Assembly: GCA_016939375.1 (NCBI GenBank) | Contig: JAFGHF010000063.1 | Location: 2,119 to 66,118 of the forward strand | DNA length: 64,000 bases | Reading direction: 5' to 3' | From: Candidatus Omnitrophota bacterium | GTDB taxonomy: Bacteria; Omnitrophota; Gorgyraeia; JAFGHF01 | In this document: one piece after another, positions 28,081-36,629 of the stretch | How the letters are laid out: each line of letters begins with the position of its first letter | Position numbering within the stretch: the first letter of the stretch is position 1 | Translations under genes and position numbers: made by a program | The notes under the pieces: model-generated | What the model was told of the DNA's origin: nothing | Databases searched by the model: none | Seen by the model: only the letters and a program-made list of their open reading frames with translations

Positions 28081-30390
28081 TCATTTCAGTTTATCCATTA
28101 TTTCGCTGATATTCTTCACTTCATCCGGATAAGTCAGGTAATCGAAATGTAACTCCACTTTTTTGGCCAATCTCTGTAACGCAAGATAGTCATCTAAGTT
28201 CTGTTTTAATCTTGCTCCTACCCTAAAGACGTTCTCTCTGTCGCACTCGGTTAATACGACAACGACCCCGCCAAAGACCTTTAGGGCCATATCTCCTTCG
28301 CGGCGTAAAGTGCTCTTTAATACCTCTTCCATTATGGTCAACAGGGACTCGATTTCCGCGTCGGAAAAGTTCTTCTTTAGTTTCTCTAGATTGCCTATAG
28401 CCACTGTTATCAAAGAAAGTTTTGTATCTTTTTCCTGGGCCTCCTGGACCACATTATTGATGTATTCCTCAAAAAACCTCATGGTAGTATATTTAGGCAA
28501 GGTAAAGATAAATTTCGTGCCTCTTTCAAACTTATCATGCCTTCTGGCATAGGGACTTTCGGCCCAGATGTCCCCGCCGTGCATATGCACGATCTCCCGG
28601 GCGATGGAAAGCCCCAGGCCCGTGCCCTTCTCGCCTCCTCCGGCAACCCGGCCGAACTGCGAGAATTTATCAAACAATTTAGGCAGGTCTTCTTCAGCAA
28701 CCCCTACTCCCGTATCCGCCACCGAACATTCAATATCGTCCTTTTTCTCGTTCAAGCTGACTTTGATATAACCGCTTTCAGTAAATTTAATCGCGTTATA
28801 GATCAAGTTGGTAAATATCTGGGTCACTCTATCCGAATCAGCGTATATATCGATCCTTTTTTGCGGTAGGACTACCTTAAGCTGCAGACCCCTTTCTTCG
28901 ACTTTTGGCTGCAAGGTAGTAACGACCTGTTGCACGATGCTCTTGATATTGACCAGTTCTCTTTTAAGCGTGATCTTTCCCGATTCGATCTTTGATATAT
29001 CAAGCAGGTTATTGATTATCCTGGCCAATCTATCGATGTTGTTCCTGGCGGTATTGAGGATCTTGCCCTGTTTTTCGTTTATCTCACCCGGTATCTCGTC
29101 CAATATAAGACTAATACCCTCTTTAGTGATTGAAAGGGGTGTACGCAACTCATGCGACACCGTGGAAATGAACTCAGATTTCAAGCGGTCCAGTTCCTGT
29201 AACCTCTTATTGTTCTGCTCCAATTCTTTATAGAGTAGTTTAATGGCTTGGTTGGTCTTATTCAGACCCCAGGTCTGTATCTCTAGGTCATCCTTTATCT
29301 TTCTTAAAATCTCTTCCGCTTTTTTGCGCTCGGTAATATCTACATTCACCTCAGCCACCAGCCATCTGCCGTTTTCGTCCTGGAAAGGCGTAGTGGTGAC
29401 CTGTATGGGCCTGTTTCCTTCTTTAGGCATAGTCTCTTCTGTGACTACGGTCTTTTTTGTCTTCAAGGCCTGGGGGATACCACAGTTAGGACACATCGTA
29501 TCCCGGTCGGCGAAGTATTGATAACATTTCTTTCCTTTAGGGTCTCCGTATAACTTCTGCCATGCCGGGTCGACATATACAATATTAAAATCTGAATCGA
29601 TAATATCGATGTTTGTCTTGGTGGCGCCCAGGATATACTCGATCTGCTGCTTCAATCTTAAGAGTTCTTCCTGAGTCTCTTTTCTGCCCGTAATGTCCTC
29701 GACGATCATCAAGACCTTTTTTTCTCCGGCCTCTTTTAAAGGTACGCCGATAAAATTCCTCACCGTGGTCTTGTTACTGAAATAAGGGGTATATGTGATA
29801 TTATCCATCTGGAAGTCTCTGCCTTCCAATGCCGCCTTTATCTTTTGGGAAAGGCCGATCGTTTTATAAGTAGGCAGGGTAAAGACATTGAGCGACTTGA
29901 ACTTCTTATATGTATCGCCGGATATTTGTATCATTGCCGGATTTACGTAATCGATAGTTCCCCTGCTATTCACCACATAAATGCCAAACGGCGCTTTTTC
30001 AATAATACTGCGGGTCGTCTTGTAGGCCTGGGCGATGTCTCTCTCCGCCCTCTTAGGCCTTTCTAATAATAAACGGATGGTTTTTGCACTGGGGCCACCG
30101 ACCAACTCGACACCTTGCGGCTTCTCTCTCAGCAGCCTCTGATAATTTTGATGATTACCGCTGAGATCTACTATCTCGTTTAGGCCTTTCAATCTGATAA
30201 ATTTTTTCCAGTCTTTGGCCGTCGGTATGCCTAACCTCCTGGCCAATTTTATGCCCGGCGCTTTAGGGTTTTTATCCACAATCCCTATTATATTTACGGG
30301 CGGAGAATCCTTGTTTACCATCTCCAGAAGTGCGCTTGCACATTCTCCCGCGCCAACTATAAGTATATTTGTCTTTTTTTTAGCTGCCAT
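28081..30390 (-). CDS. Cytoplasmic histidine kinase (Rossmann-like, PAS, PAS, HK, degenerate GGDEF-like)
   Basis: ILIVGAG N-terminal domain, two PAS domains, SHELRTPL and GTGLGL. The C-terminal GGDEF-like fold lacks the GG[D/E]EF motif. Confidence 0.88.
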   Translation of the reverse strand: MAAKKKTNILIVGAGECASALLEMVNKDSPPVNIIGIVDKNPKAPGIKLARRLGIPTAKDWKKFIRLKGLNEIVDLSGNHQNYQRLLREKPQGVELVGGPSAKTIRLLLERPKRAERDIAQAYKTTRSIIEKAPFGIYVVNSRGTIDYVNPAMIQISGDTYKKFKSLNVFTLPTYKTIGLSQKIKAALEGRDFQMDNITYTPYFSNKTTVRNFIGVPLKEAGEKKVLMIVEDITGRKETQEELLRLKQQIEYILGATKTNIDIIDSDFNIVYVDPAWQKLYGDPKGKKCYQYFADRDTMCPNCGIPQALKTKKTVVTEETMPKEGNRPIQVTTTPFQDENGRWLVAEVNVDITERKKAEEILRKIKDDLEIQTWGLNKTNQAIKLLYKELEQNNKRLQELDRLKSEFISTVSHELRTPLSITKEGISLILDEIPGEINEKQGKILNTARNNIDRLARIINNLLDISKIESGKITLKRELVNIKSIVQQVVTTLQPKVEERGLQLKVVLPQKRIDIYADSDRVTQIFTNLIYNAIKFTESGYIKVSLNEKKDDIECSVADTGVGVAEEDLPKLFDKFSQFGRVAGGGEKGTGLGLSIAREIVHMHGGDIWAESPYARRHDKFERGTKFIFTLPKYTTMRFFEEYINNVVQEAQEKDTKLSLITVAIGNLEKLKKNFSDAEIESLLTIMEEVLKSTLRREGDMALKVFGGVVVVLTECDRENVFRVGARLKQNLDDYLALQRLAKKVELHFDYLTYPDEVKNISEIMDKLK

Positions 30391-30408
30391 TTCTTATGCC
30401 TATAAGTT

Positions 30409-30774
30409 TTAGAGGAGTTTTTTGGCTGCTTCCAAAAGCGGAGTATGGTCGCTGGTCTTGACGCAATAATCGTCAGCGCCGGCCTTTCTGGCCTCTACCG
30501 CGTCTATGGCATCGACGTTACCGGTCATGATGATTATTTTAGGCTTATCCGGCCCCGAGGCCTCTCTGATCCTGCGGCAGGCCTCAAAACCGCTTATACC
30601 CGGAAGCAGAGTATCCAAAACGATTATATCCGGTTTTTCGCAAGCCGCTTTTTCCACACCCAGCTCACCGGTCTCAGCTATAATTATGTCCTCAAAACCG
30701 GCTTTAGCCAAAAAGCGTTTCATAATCTTTCTGTCCTGTTCATTATCATCGATAATCAAAAGTTTTTTGCCCAT
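30409..30774 (-). CDS. Single-domain response regulator
   Basis: IIDDN, LDTLLP, MTG and VKT. Confidence 0.88.
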   Translation of the reverse strand: MGKKLLIIDDNEQDRKIMKRFLAKAGFEDIIIAETGELGVEKAACEKPDIIVLDTLLPGISGFEACRRIREASGPDKPKIIIMTGNVDAIDAVEARKAGADDYCVKTSDHTPLLEAAKKLL

Positions 30775-30777
30775 ATC

Positions 30778-31263
30778 TCACTCCTTGGGGATATCCGGAT
30801 TCGGTAATTTATTAATCATATTCCAATAAAAATTAAATCCTTCCACAACTTTTACAAAGTCGTCGTAATTAAGCGGCTTGGGGATAAAGCTGGCCGCTCC
30901 GTCTCTATAACTTCTGGCGATATCCTCTTGGTCTCTGGAGGAAGTAAGCATGACTATAGGGATATAGTTGTAGCGGATATCTTTTTTTAAGGCCTCTAAT
31001 ACCTGGAAGCCGTCCATCTTTGGCAGATTGATATCTAAAAGGATCAGATCGGGGCGAGGAAATTTCTCCTTGTCCTGGTATTTACCCTCGTGACGGATAA
31101 AATCCAACGCCTCTTCTCCGTCATTGACCACATATATATTATTTTTAATCTTCACCTTGGAAAAAGCTCTTAAGGTTATTTTTATATCTGTCTCATTATC
31201 TTCGACCAAAAGGATGTCTAAAGGTTTGCTATTTTTTTCCTCTTGGCTGAAATGCTCCTCCAT
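30778..31263 (-). CDS. Rcp1-like single-domain response regulator
   Basis: LLVEDN, DGEEALDF, PRPDLILLDINLP, LTSS and the FYW tail. Likely start at 31263. Confidence 0.9.
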   Translation of the reverse strand: MEEHFSQEEKNSKPLDILLVEDNETDIKITLRAFSKVKIKNNIYVVNDGEEALDFIRHEGKYQDKEKFPRPDLILLDINLPKMDGFQVLEALKKDIRYNYIPIVMLTSSRDQEDIARSYRDGAASFIPKPLNYDDFVKVVEGFNFYWNMINKLPNPDIPKE

Positions 31264-31300
31264 AGATCTCTCCTCTTCTTTAGGACCTTTCGTGTTGTAA

Positions 31301-33346
31301 CTACAACTTACCTGTGTAGGGAGGCGGGCCACTTTCACCGTTCTGTCTATTAAGCTTATCTTTCGGCTGTTTTTGATCGATGAGGCCGTCCCGGATAAGG
31401 ACCTCCCCTGGCTTCTTCTTTTTTCTTATGTCTTTGGGTATGCGTATTTGAAAAGCGGCGCCCTTGCCTATTTCAGATTCGACCCAAATCTCTCCTTTAT
31501 GGTCGTCCACTACCCTCTTTACTATGCTTAAGCCCGCGCCTGTGCCTTCGTATTCCATATTTGTATGTAAGCGTTTAAAAATCCCGAATATCTGATTGTG
31601 GTATTTAGGGTCGATACCAATGCCGTTGTCTTTCACGTAAAATCTATGAAACCTCCCTTCATCTATATATCCTATCTCCACTCTGGGGGCTTCCTTGTTG
31701 TTCTTGGAAGAGAACTTTATGGCATTGTTAATCAGATTTAAGATCAACTCGCTCATCTTGATCCGGTCGCAGATGATATCGGGCATATCTTGCTGGATAC
31801 GCATGTCGACCTTTTTCTCTTTAATATCGAATTCGATACGTTTAATCACGGTATCTATCAGATCATTCAGATTAACGGTCTCGAAAGGATTCTTGATCCT
31901 GGAGATCCGGGAAAGCTTAAGCAGATCTTCGATGAGGTTGCTCATCCGGTTTGCCCCCTGGCGGATCTCCTTAAGATAGTCACGGCCTTCCTCGTCAAGC
32001 TTCTCTTTATAGTCCTCCTCTAAAAATCCGGTAAAAGAAGCAATCGCCCTTAATGGTGCGCGTAAGTCGTGGCTGGCGGTATAGACAAAACTATCAAGCT
32101 CTTTATTCGCCTTCTCCAGCAGCTTCTTTTGCTCCTCTATCTGGGCCTTTTGTCTTTCTACATTAGCCTTGGCCTCTACCAGGCTATCGGTCATCTTATT
32201 AAAAGACTGGGCCAGTTCTCCGATTTCGTCTTTGGCGCCGATTTTGGCCCGGGCCGAAAGGTCCCCTGAGGCTATGGTGACAGATGTATTAGTCAATTCT
32301 TTTATCGGACTGGAAACCGAACGGGCAATGACAACAGCCATAACTACCACCACAACAGCCAGTAAAAGGCTGATGATGCCTAAGGTATTTCTTAAGCGCC
32401 TGGCCGAAGCGAATATCTCACTGGTATCAATCTTTACGATTATGCCCCAGCGGAAAGAAGACAAATATCTGCGTACATTCAACACCTTCTGGCCACGATA
32501 ATCGACAAAGGCACCCAAGCCCTCTTGCCCCTTTAAGGCCTGTTCTATCTGTTGGCCCTGGGCAGAGTCACCCTTGATCTCTCTGGCAAATGCCGCATCG
32601 GGGTCAAAACGCAAAGGAGTGATAAAGACTATGCGCTGGGCCGTTTTTGCCACTATCGCCGTCTCGCCGGTCTGTCCCAAACCCGTATAATCGCTGACGA
32701 GCTCAGAAACACCTTTATTGCTCATCTGTCCGATGATTACACCTACAAGCCCAGCCCCTTTAAAGACAGGTGAGGCGATAAATACGGCCGCAGTCTTGCT
32801 CTTTGGGTCATATTCAAAATCGGATATCTCAGTAGTCAAAGAATCTTTTGCTTTAATAAAGGCCTTGGCCAGCTCTGTGGGTTCATACAACGCCATCTCA
32901 TATAGTGATTTTTTTTCCGGTTTTTTTTGGGCGGCAAAGAGGATATCGCCGTTAGGGCGGATAAGGAAAAGGTCGTCGTAGCCGAATAAATTCTGATAGT
33001 ATTCCAAAAATGGTCTGTATTTCTGCTCCACCGCCATAAATGCTGCGATATTTTCACCATTTTCGGCAAAGGCGAGGTCCAATTTTTCGAAGGCTTCGAT
33101 AATGTCTGAGGTATGGGAAAGAGTGGTGATGTCGTTTTCTTTGTCGCGCAGGAATACCTTTACCAGATTGGCTTTGTTGTCGGCAACGGCCAGCAGGCTA
33201 TTGGCCACTTCTTCCTCTAATACCTCGCGGGAGCTATTATAACTGACATATGTGGCAATAGCCAATGGCACAAGAGCAATAAATAAAAACCAGAGAATAA
33301 ATTTGGGGGTAATACGTAGGTTTTTTAAAAATTGCGATTCAAACAT
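31301..33346 (-). CDS. Membrane sensor histidine kinase (dCache-HAMP-HK)
   Basis: Two TMs, GLGQTGET, DYRG, HAMP DEIGELAQSFN, SHDLRAPL, FKRLH and GTGAGL. Confidence 0.92.
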   Translation of the reverse strand: MFESQFLKNLRITPKFILWFLFIALVPLAIATYVSYNSSREVLEEEVANSLLAVADNKANLVKVFLRDKENDITTLSHTSDIIEAFEKLDLAFAENGENIAAFMAVEQKYRPFLEYYQNLFGYDDLFLIRPNGDILFAAQKKPEKKSLYEMALYEPTELAKAFIKAKDSLTTEISDFEYDPKSKTAAVFIASPVFKGAGLVGVIIGQMSNKGVSELVSDYTGLGQTGETAIVAKTAQRIVFITPLRFDPDAAFAREIKGDSAQGQQIEQALKGQEGLGAFVDYRGQKVLNVRRYLSSFRWGIIVKIDTSEIFASARRLRNTLGIISLLLAVVVVVMAVVIARSVSSPIKELTNTSVTIASGDLSARAKIGAKDEIGELAQSFNKMTDSLVEAKANVERQKAQIEEQKKLLEKANKELDSFVYTASHDLRAPLRAIASFTGFLEEDYKEKLDEEGRDYLKEIRQGANRMSNLIEDLLKLSRISRIKNPFETVNLNDLIDTVIKRIEFDIKEKKVDMRIQQDMPDIICDRIKMSELILNLINNAIKFSSKNNKEAPRVEIGYIDEGRFHRFYVKDNGIGIDPKYHNQIFGIFKRLHTNMEYEGTGAGLSIVKRVVDDHKGEIWVESEIGKGAAFQIRIPKDIRKKKKPGEVLIRDGLIDQKQPKDKLNRQNGESGPPPYTGKL

Positions 33347-33382
33347 ATAGATAACTTTGGTTATAATGGTTTATAAAATAGA

Positions 33383-33766
33383 TCAATCTTGGCGATATTT
33401 ATCGATCAACCTTAAGGCGCTGGTAAGGTTTTCGACCTCCTTCTGTAAGGAGCTTGTCTTTACGATAAAACCGGAAGCGCCCAAGGCCCTGGCCTCTTTG
33501 AACCTCTGTTCGTCAGAAAAAGCGGTGATCATAAAGACCGGCAAAAGCTTATCCTTTTTCCTTATCCTCTTTAATACCTCCAACCCGCTGATGCCAGGCA
33601 TCATTATATCCAGAAGCACCGCGTCCGGCTTCTCCTCTTCTATCTTGCGTAATGCCTCTTTTCCGTTAGTGGCGGTAATTACCCGATAGTCATTGGACTC
33701 CAGCCTCATTGTCACGGTGCTTAAGAAATCAGGCTCATCGTCAACTAGAAGTATCTTTTTGCCCAC
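33383..33766 (-). CDS. Single-domain response regulator
   Basis: LVDDE, LDIMMP, ITA and VKT. Confidence 0.88.
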   Translation of the reverse strand: MGKKILLVDDEPDFLSTVTMRLESNDYRVITATNGKEALRKIEEEKPDAVLLDIMMPGISGLEVLKRIRKKDKLLPVFMITAFSDEQRFKEARALGASGFIVKTSSLQKEVENLTSALRLIDKYRQD

Positions 33767-33826
33767 CGACTATTCTCCGTATAACTCAAGTAAAAACGCG
33801 CAAAAATAAATTACATATATAGAGTT

Positions 33827-33855
33827 ATTATAATATGTTAGGATAGATAAATCAA
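33827..33855 (-). promoter_or_regulatory. Sigma70 promoter at the head of the signalling/pilus gene string
   Basis: TTGATT-17 nt-TATAAT. Confidence 0.65.
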
Positions 33856-33879
33856 CTTAAAATAAAGGACGGCTAAGCG

Positions 33880-34299
33880 TTAATCCCCTACAATCTTTAC
33901 TAAGACCCTTTTCCTGCGCCGGCCGTCAAATTCTCCGTAAAAAATCTGCTCCCAAGGCCCAAAATCAAGGTCGCCCTTGCTGACTGCAACTACGACTTCC
34001 CGGCCCATTATAGTCCTTTTCAGATGGGCATCTGCGTTGTCCTCACCCGTTAAATTGTGATTATATCGGCTAGTGGGCTCATGCGGCGCAAACCCTTCCA
34101 GCCATTCCTCAAAATCCTTATGCAGACCCGGCTCATCATCATTGATAAACACGCTAGCGGTAATATGCATGGCATTTACCAGACAAAGGCCCTCTTTTAT
34201 CCCGCTTTTCTTCAGACAACGCTCGACTTGGGGGGTGATATTGACGAGCTCTCTTCTTTTTTTGGTATTAAACCAAAGATGTTCGGTATAAGATTTCAC
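33880..34299 (-). CDS. yjbQ: Secondary thiamine-phosphate synthase YjbQ (UPF0047)
   Basis: [22 protein letters not shown] and [11 protein letters not shown]. Confidence 0.9.
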   Translation of the reverse strand: MKSYTEHLWFNTKKRRELVNITPQVERCLKKSGIKEGLCLVNAMHITASVFINDDEPGLHKDFEEWLEGFAPHEPTSRYNHNLTGEDNADAHLKRTIMGREVVVAVSKGDLDFGPWEQIFYGEFDGRRRKRVLVKIVGD

Positions 34300-34371
34300 T
34301 TTTACACCTCCGAATTTTGTGTACTATTATATCATAGGGCCTCGCAAGATAGCTATTAATATAACTTGGGC

Positions 34372-34401
34372 TTGACCTCTTTAGGCACTAGAGACTATAA
34401 T
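34372..34401 (+). promoter_or_regulatory. Sigma70 promoter of ttcA
   Basis: TTGACC-18 nt-TATAAT, 9 nt before ATG 34411. Confidence 0.6.
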
Positions 34402-34410
34402 ATGGAAGCT

Positions 34411-35166
34411 ATGAAGAAATCCGTAATCGCCCGCTTAATACATAAAAAAACCGCCCGGGCCCTGCGCGACTATAGCATGATAGTAAACCGTGACAGAGTG
34501 CTGGTTGCCATTTCCGGACAGGACAGTCTGGCCCTCCTGCAGGTGCTGCAGGAAAAGGCTAATTTTCTGCCTATCAAGTATAAATTAATCGCGGCCCATG
34601 TCAATTTAAACCCAGTTAGAAATAGTATTTCTAACTGGGCAAACCACCTAAACGCAAAGGTCATAGAAAGACAGCTGAAGAAAAAAGGCATAGAATATCA
34701 TATGCTTGAGGTAGATCTGGATAAAGGCAAGAAAGAGAGGAAGACCAGCGAATGCTTCTGGTGTTCCTGGAAAAGAAGAGAGGCCCTTTTTAAGCTGGCC
34801 GATGCCTTAAAATGCAAAAAGATAGCCCTGGCCCATCATCTAGATGATATAGTGGAGACATATCTCCTGAACATCTTTTTTCAGGGAGAACTAAGCACTA
34901 TGCCTCCGAAATTAAGGATGTTCGATGGACGCTTCCATATCATCAGGCCTTTTGCCTATTTGGAAAAAAAGGTTATCAGCGAATACGCCAAGATAAGAAA
35001 CATACCCCAAATGCCCTATCAATGTCCCTTTGGCCAAACTAGCAATAGGACGGCCATGCGTAAGATTATCGGCTCATTGCAAAAGAAGAGACCCAAAGTA
35101 AAAGAGAACATCTTCAAAAGCATGAGCAATATCAACAGGCTCTATCTTCCCAAGAAAGATAATTAG
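34411..35166 (+). CDS. ttcA: tRNA 2-thiocytidine biosynthesis TtcA-family protein
   Basis: DYSMI..DRVLVAISG, CFWCSWKRR, AHHLDD, IIRP and CP motifs. Confidence 0.82.
   Translation: MKKSVIARLIHKKTARALRDYSMIVNRDRVLVAISGQDSLALLQVLQEKANFLPIKYKLIAAHVNLNPVRNSISNWANHLNAKVIERQLKKKGIEYHMLEVDLDKGKKERKTSECFWCSWKRREALFKLADALKCKKIALAHHLDDIVETYLLNIFFQGELSTMPPKLRMFDGRFHIIRPFAYLEKKVISEYAKIRNIPQMPYQCPFGQTSNRTAMRKIIGSLQKKRPKVKENIFKSMSNINRLYLPKKDN
34611..34639. repeat. Perfect 13-bp inverted repeat inside ttcA
   Basis: CCCAGTTAGAAAT-AGT-ATTTCTAACTGGG, with AAAC direct repeats 33 bp apart. Confidence 0.8.
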
Positions 35167-35178
35167 GAATACTTCTTT

Positions 35179-35538
35179 CTATCGTATAAGAAACCTGTTT
35201 TCCGCTTTTTTGGCTTTGAAAAACTGGAGAGTGAACTTTTTGGCCAGTTTGTGGTCAAACTTACGGCAGGAAAAAATATTTATATAGGCCCGGCCCCAGA
35301 GGTCTGAAAAATGGCCGGTTATAGAACTGGTCTCTATCAACTGCACAAGGGAAAAACCTTTAGTAAAAGCCGCGTTCTCGCCAAAATACGGCAGTAGCGT
35401 CTTGCCATATTTCTCCATATTGATCAACTTACAAAGTCTATCCACGTACTCTTGCAGTTTCTTGCGCGAAGTAAGCACCCCTTTGTCGCACCCATCAAGG
35501 TCCAAAATCAACTCATAACCATAAATCTTTTTCTTCAT
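35179..35538 (-). CDS. Divergent S-adenosylmethionine decarboxylase (SpeD)-fold proenzyme
   Basis: GYELILDLDGC, GFSLVQLIETSSITGHF and INIFSC. Confidence 0.75.
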   Translation of the reverse strand: MKKKIYGYELILDLDGCDKGVLTSRKKLQEYVDRLCKLINMEKYGKTLLPYFGENAAFTKGFSLVQLIETSSITGHFSDLWGRAYINIFSCRKFDHKLAKKFTLQFFKAKKAENRFLIR

Positions 35539-35539
35539 T

Positions 35540-35752
35540 TTATGATACTCCTTTTAAACAATCGGGGAGCTTTACGCTGGCTGGCTTTATGCAGACATCC
35601 CCAACTCTTTTAAACGGTACATTATCATAATAAATCTTTTTATTGATTGTTTCTGGCAGGAGAGAGAATAACGGGCTACTCCGGAATTTGACCTTAGAAT
35701 GCGTTCCGGTTAATCGGGCATGATTTCTGACGCTGGAGTACTTCTTGTTCAT
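35540..35752 (-). CDS. Small hypothetical protein
   Basis: 70-aa ORF with a GGAGG ribosome-binding site. Its stop is 1 nt before the SpeD-like ATG. Confidence 0.5.
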   Translation of the reverse strand: MNKKYSSVRNHARLTGTHSKVKFRSSPLFSLLPETINKKIYYDNVPFKRVGDVCIKPASVKLPDCLKGVS

Positions 35753-35876
35753 TCCCACCCCCTCCATAATACTTTTTCGAGTTCCTATTTAGAAATTCAA
35801 CTTCTCGATTATATATTAAGACAAATTTTACGATTACGCAAGAAATTTTTTAAGATTTTTTTTGAAGTTCGGGTTT

Positions 35877-36629
35877 TTAAGCTACCCTGTTGAGCAGCCG
35901 GCCAATGTCTTCGATCTCCACCTCGACCTTATCCCCTTTTTTCATGCTGCCCACTCCGGGAGGCGTACCAGTGGAGATTATATCTCCGGGAAACAAAGTC
36001 ATTATCCGCGAAATAAAAGAGACTAGATACCCGGGTGAGAAGATAAAATTTTTGGTGGAAGAGTCTTGTTTTAGCCTGCCGTTCAAATATAACCTGACCT
36101 GTTTATCTGTAGGATCAAAGTGCGTCTCTATCCAGGGGCCAAGCGGGGCAAAGCTGTCAAATGATTTCGCCCTTGTCCATTGGACGTCTTTTTTTTGCAA
36201 GTCGCGCGCAGTCACATCATTAAGACAAGTATAGCCGAAAATATGCCCTGCGGCTTTTCCCTTAGAGACATCTTTTGTTTTTCTTCCGATCACTATGGCC
36301 AGCTCCGCTTCGTAATCAAGCCTCTTTACGCCTTTGGGATAAATAATATTATCACCGGGGCCGATGGCAGCTGTATTGGGTTTAAGAAATATCAGAGGCT
36401 CGCTGGGCACCTTCATCCCCAGTTCGCGGGCATGGTCGGTGTAATTAAGTCCTACAAGTATCACCTTGGAAGGGGCTGCTGGAGCCAAAAATAAAACCTT
36501 ATCTCGCGATATTTTTTGAGAGGACAATTCAATTTTATTAAAAGGGGCTTTCTTAAGCAATATAACGGTATCGCCCTCTACCTTCGCCCAACGTATCTGG
36601 TCTTTAACAAAAACACGTGCGATCTTCAT
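35877..36629 (-). CDS. Fumarylacetoacetate hydrolase family protein
   Basis: GLNY..H, FLKP, DYEAEL, NDVTARD, KSFD and PGDIISTGTPPGVG. Confidence 0.92.
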   Translation of the reverse strand: MKIARVFVKDQIRWAKVEGDTVILLKKAPFNKIELSSQKISRDKVLFLAPAAPSKVILVGLNYTDHARELGMKVPSEPLIFLKPNTAAIGPGDNIIYPKGVKRLDYEAELAIVIGRKTKDVSKGKAAGHIFGYTCLNDVTARDLQKKDVQWTRAKSFDSFAPLGPWIETHFDPTDKQVRLYLNGRLKQDSSTKNFIFSPGYLVSFISRIMTLFPGDIISTGTPPGVGSMKKGDKVEVEIEDIGRLLNRVA

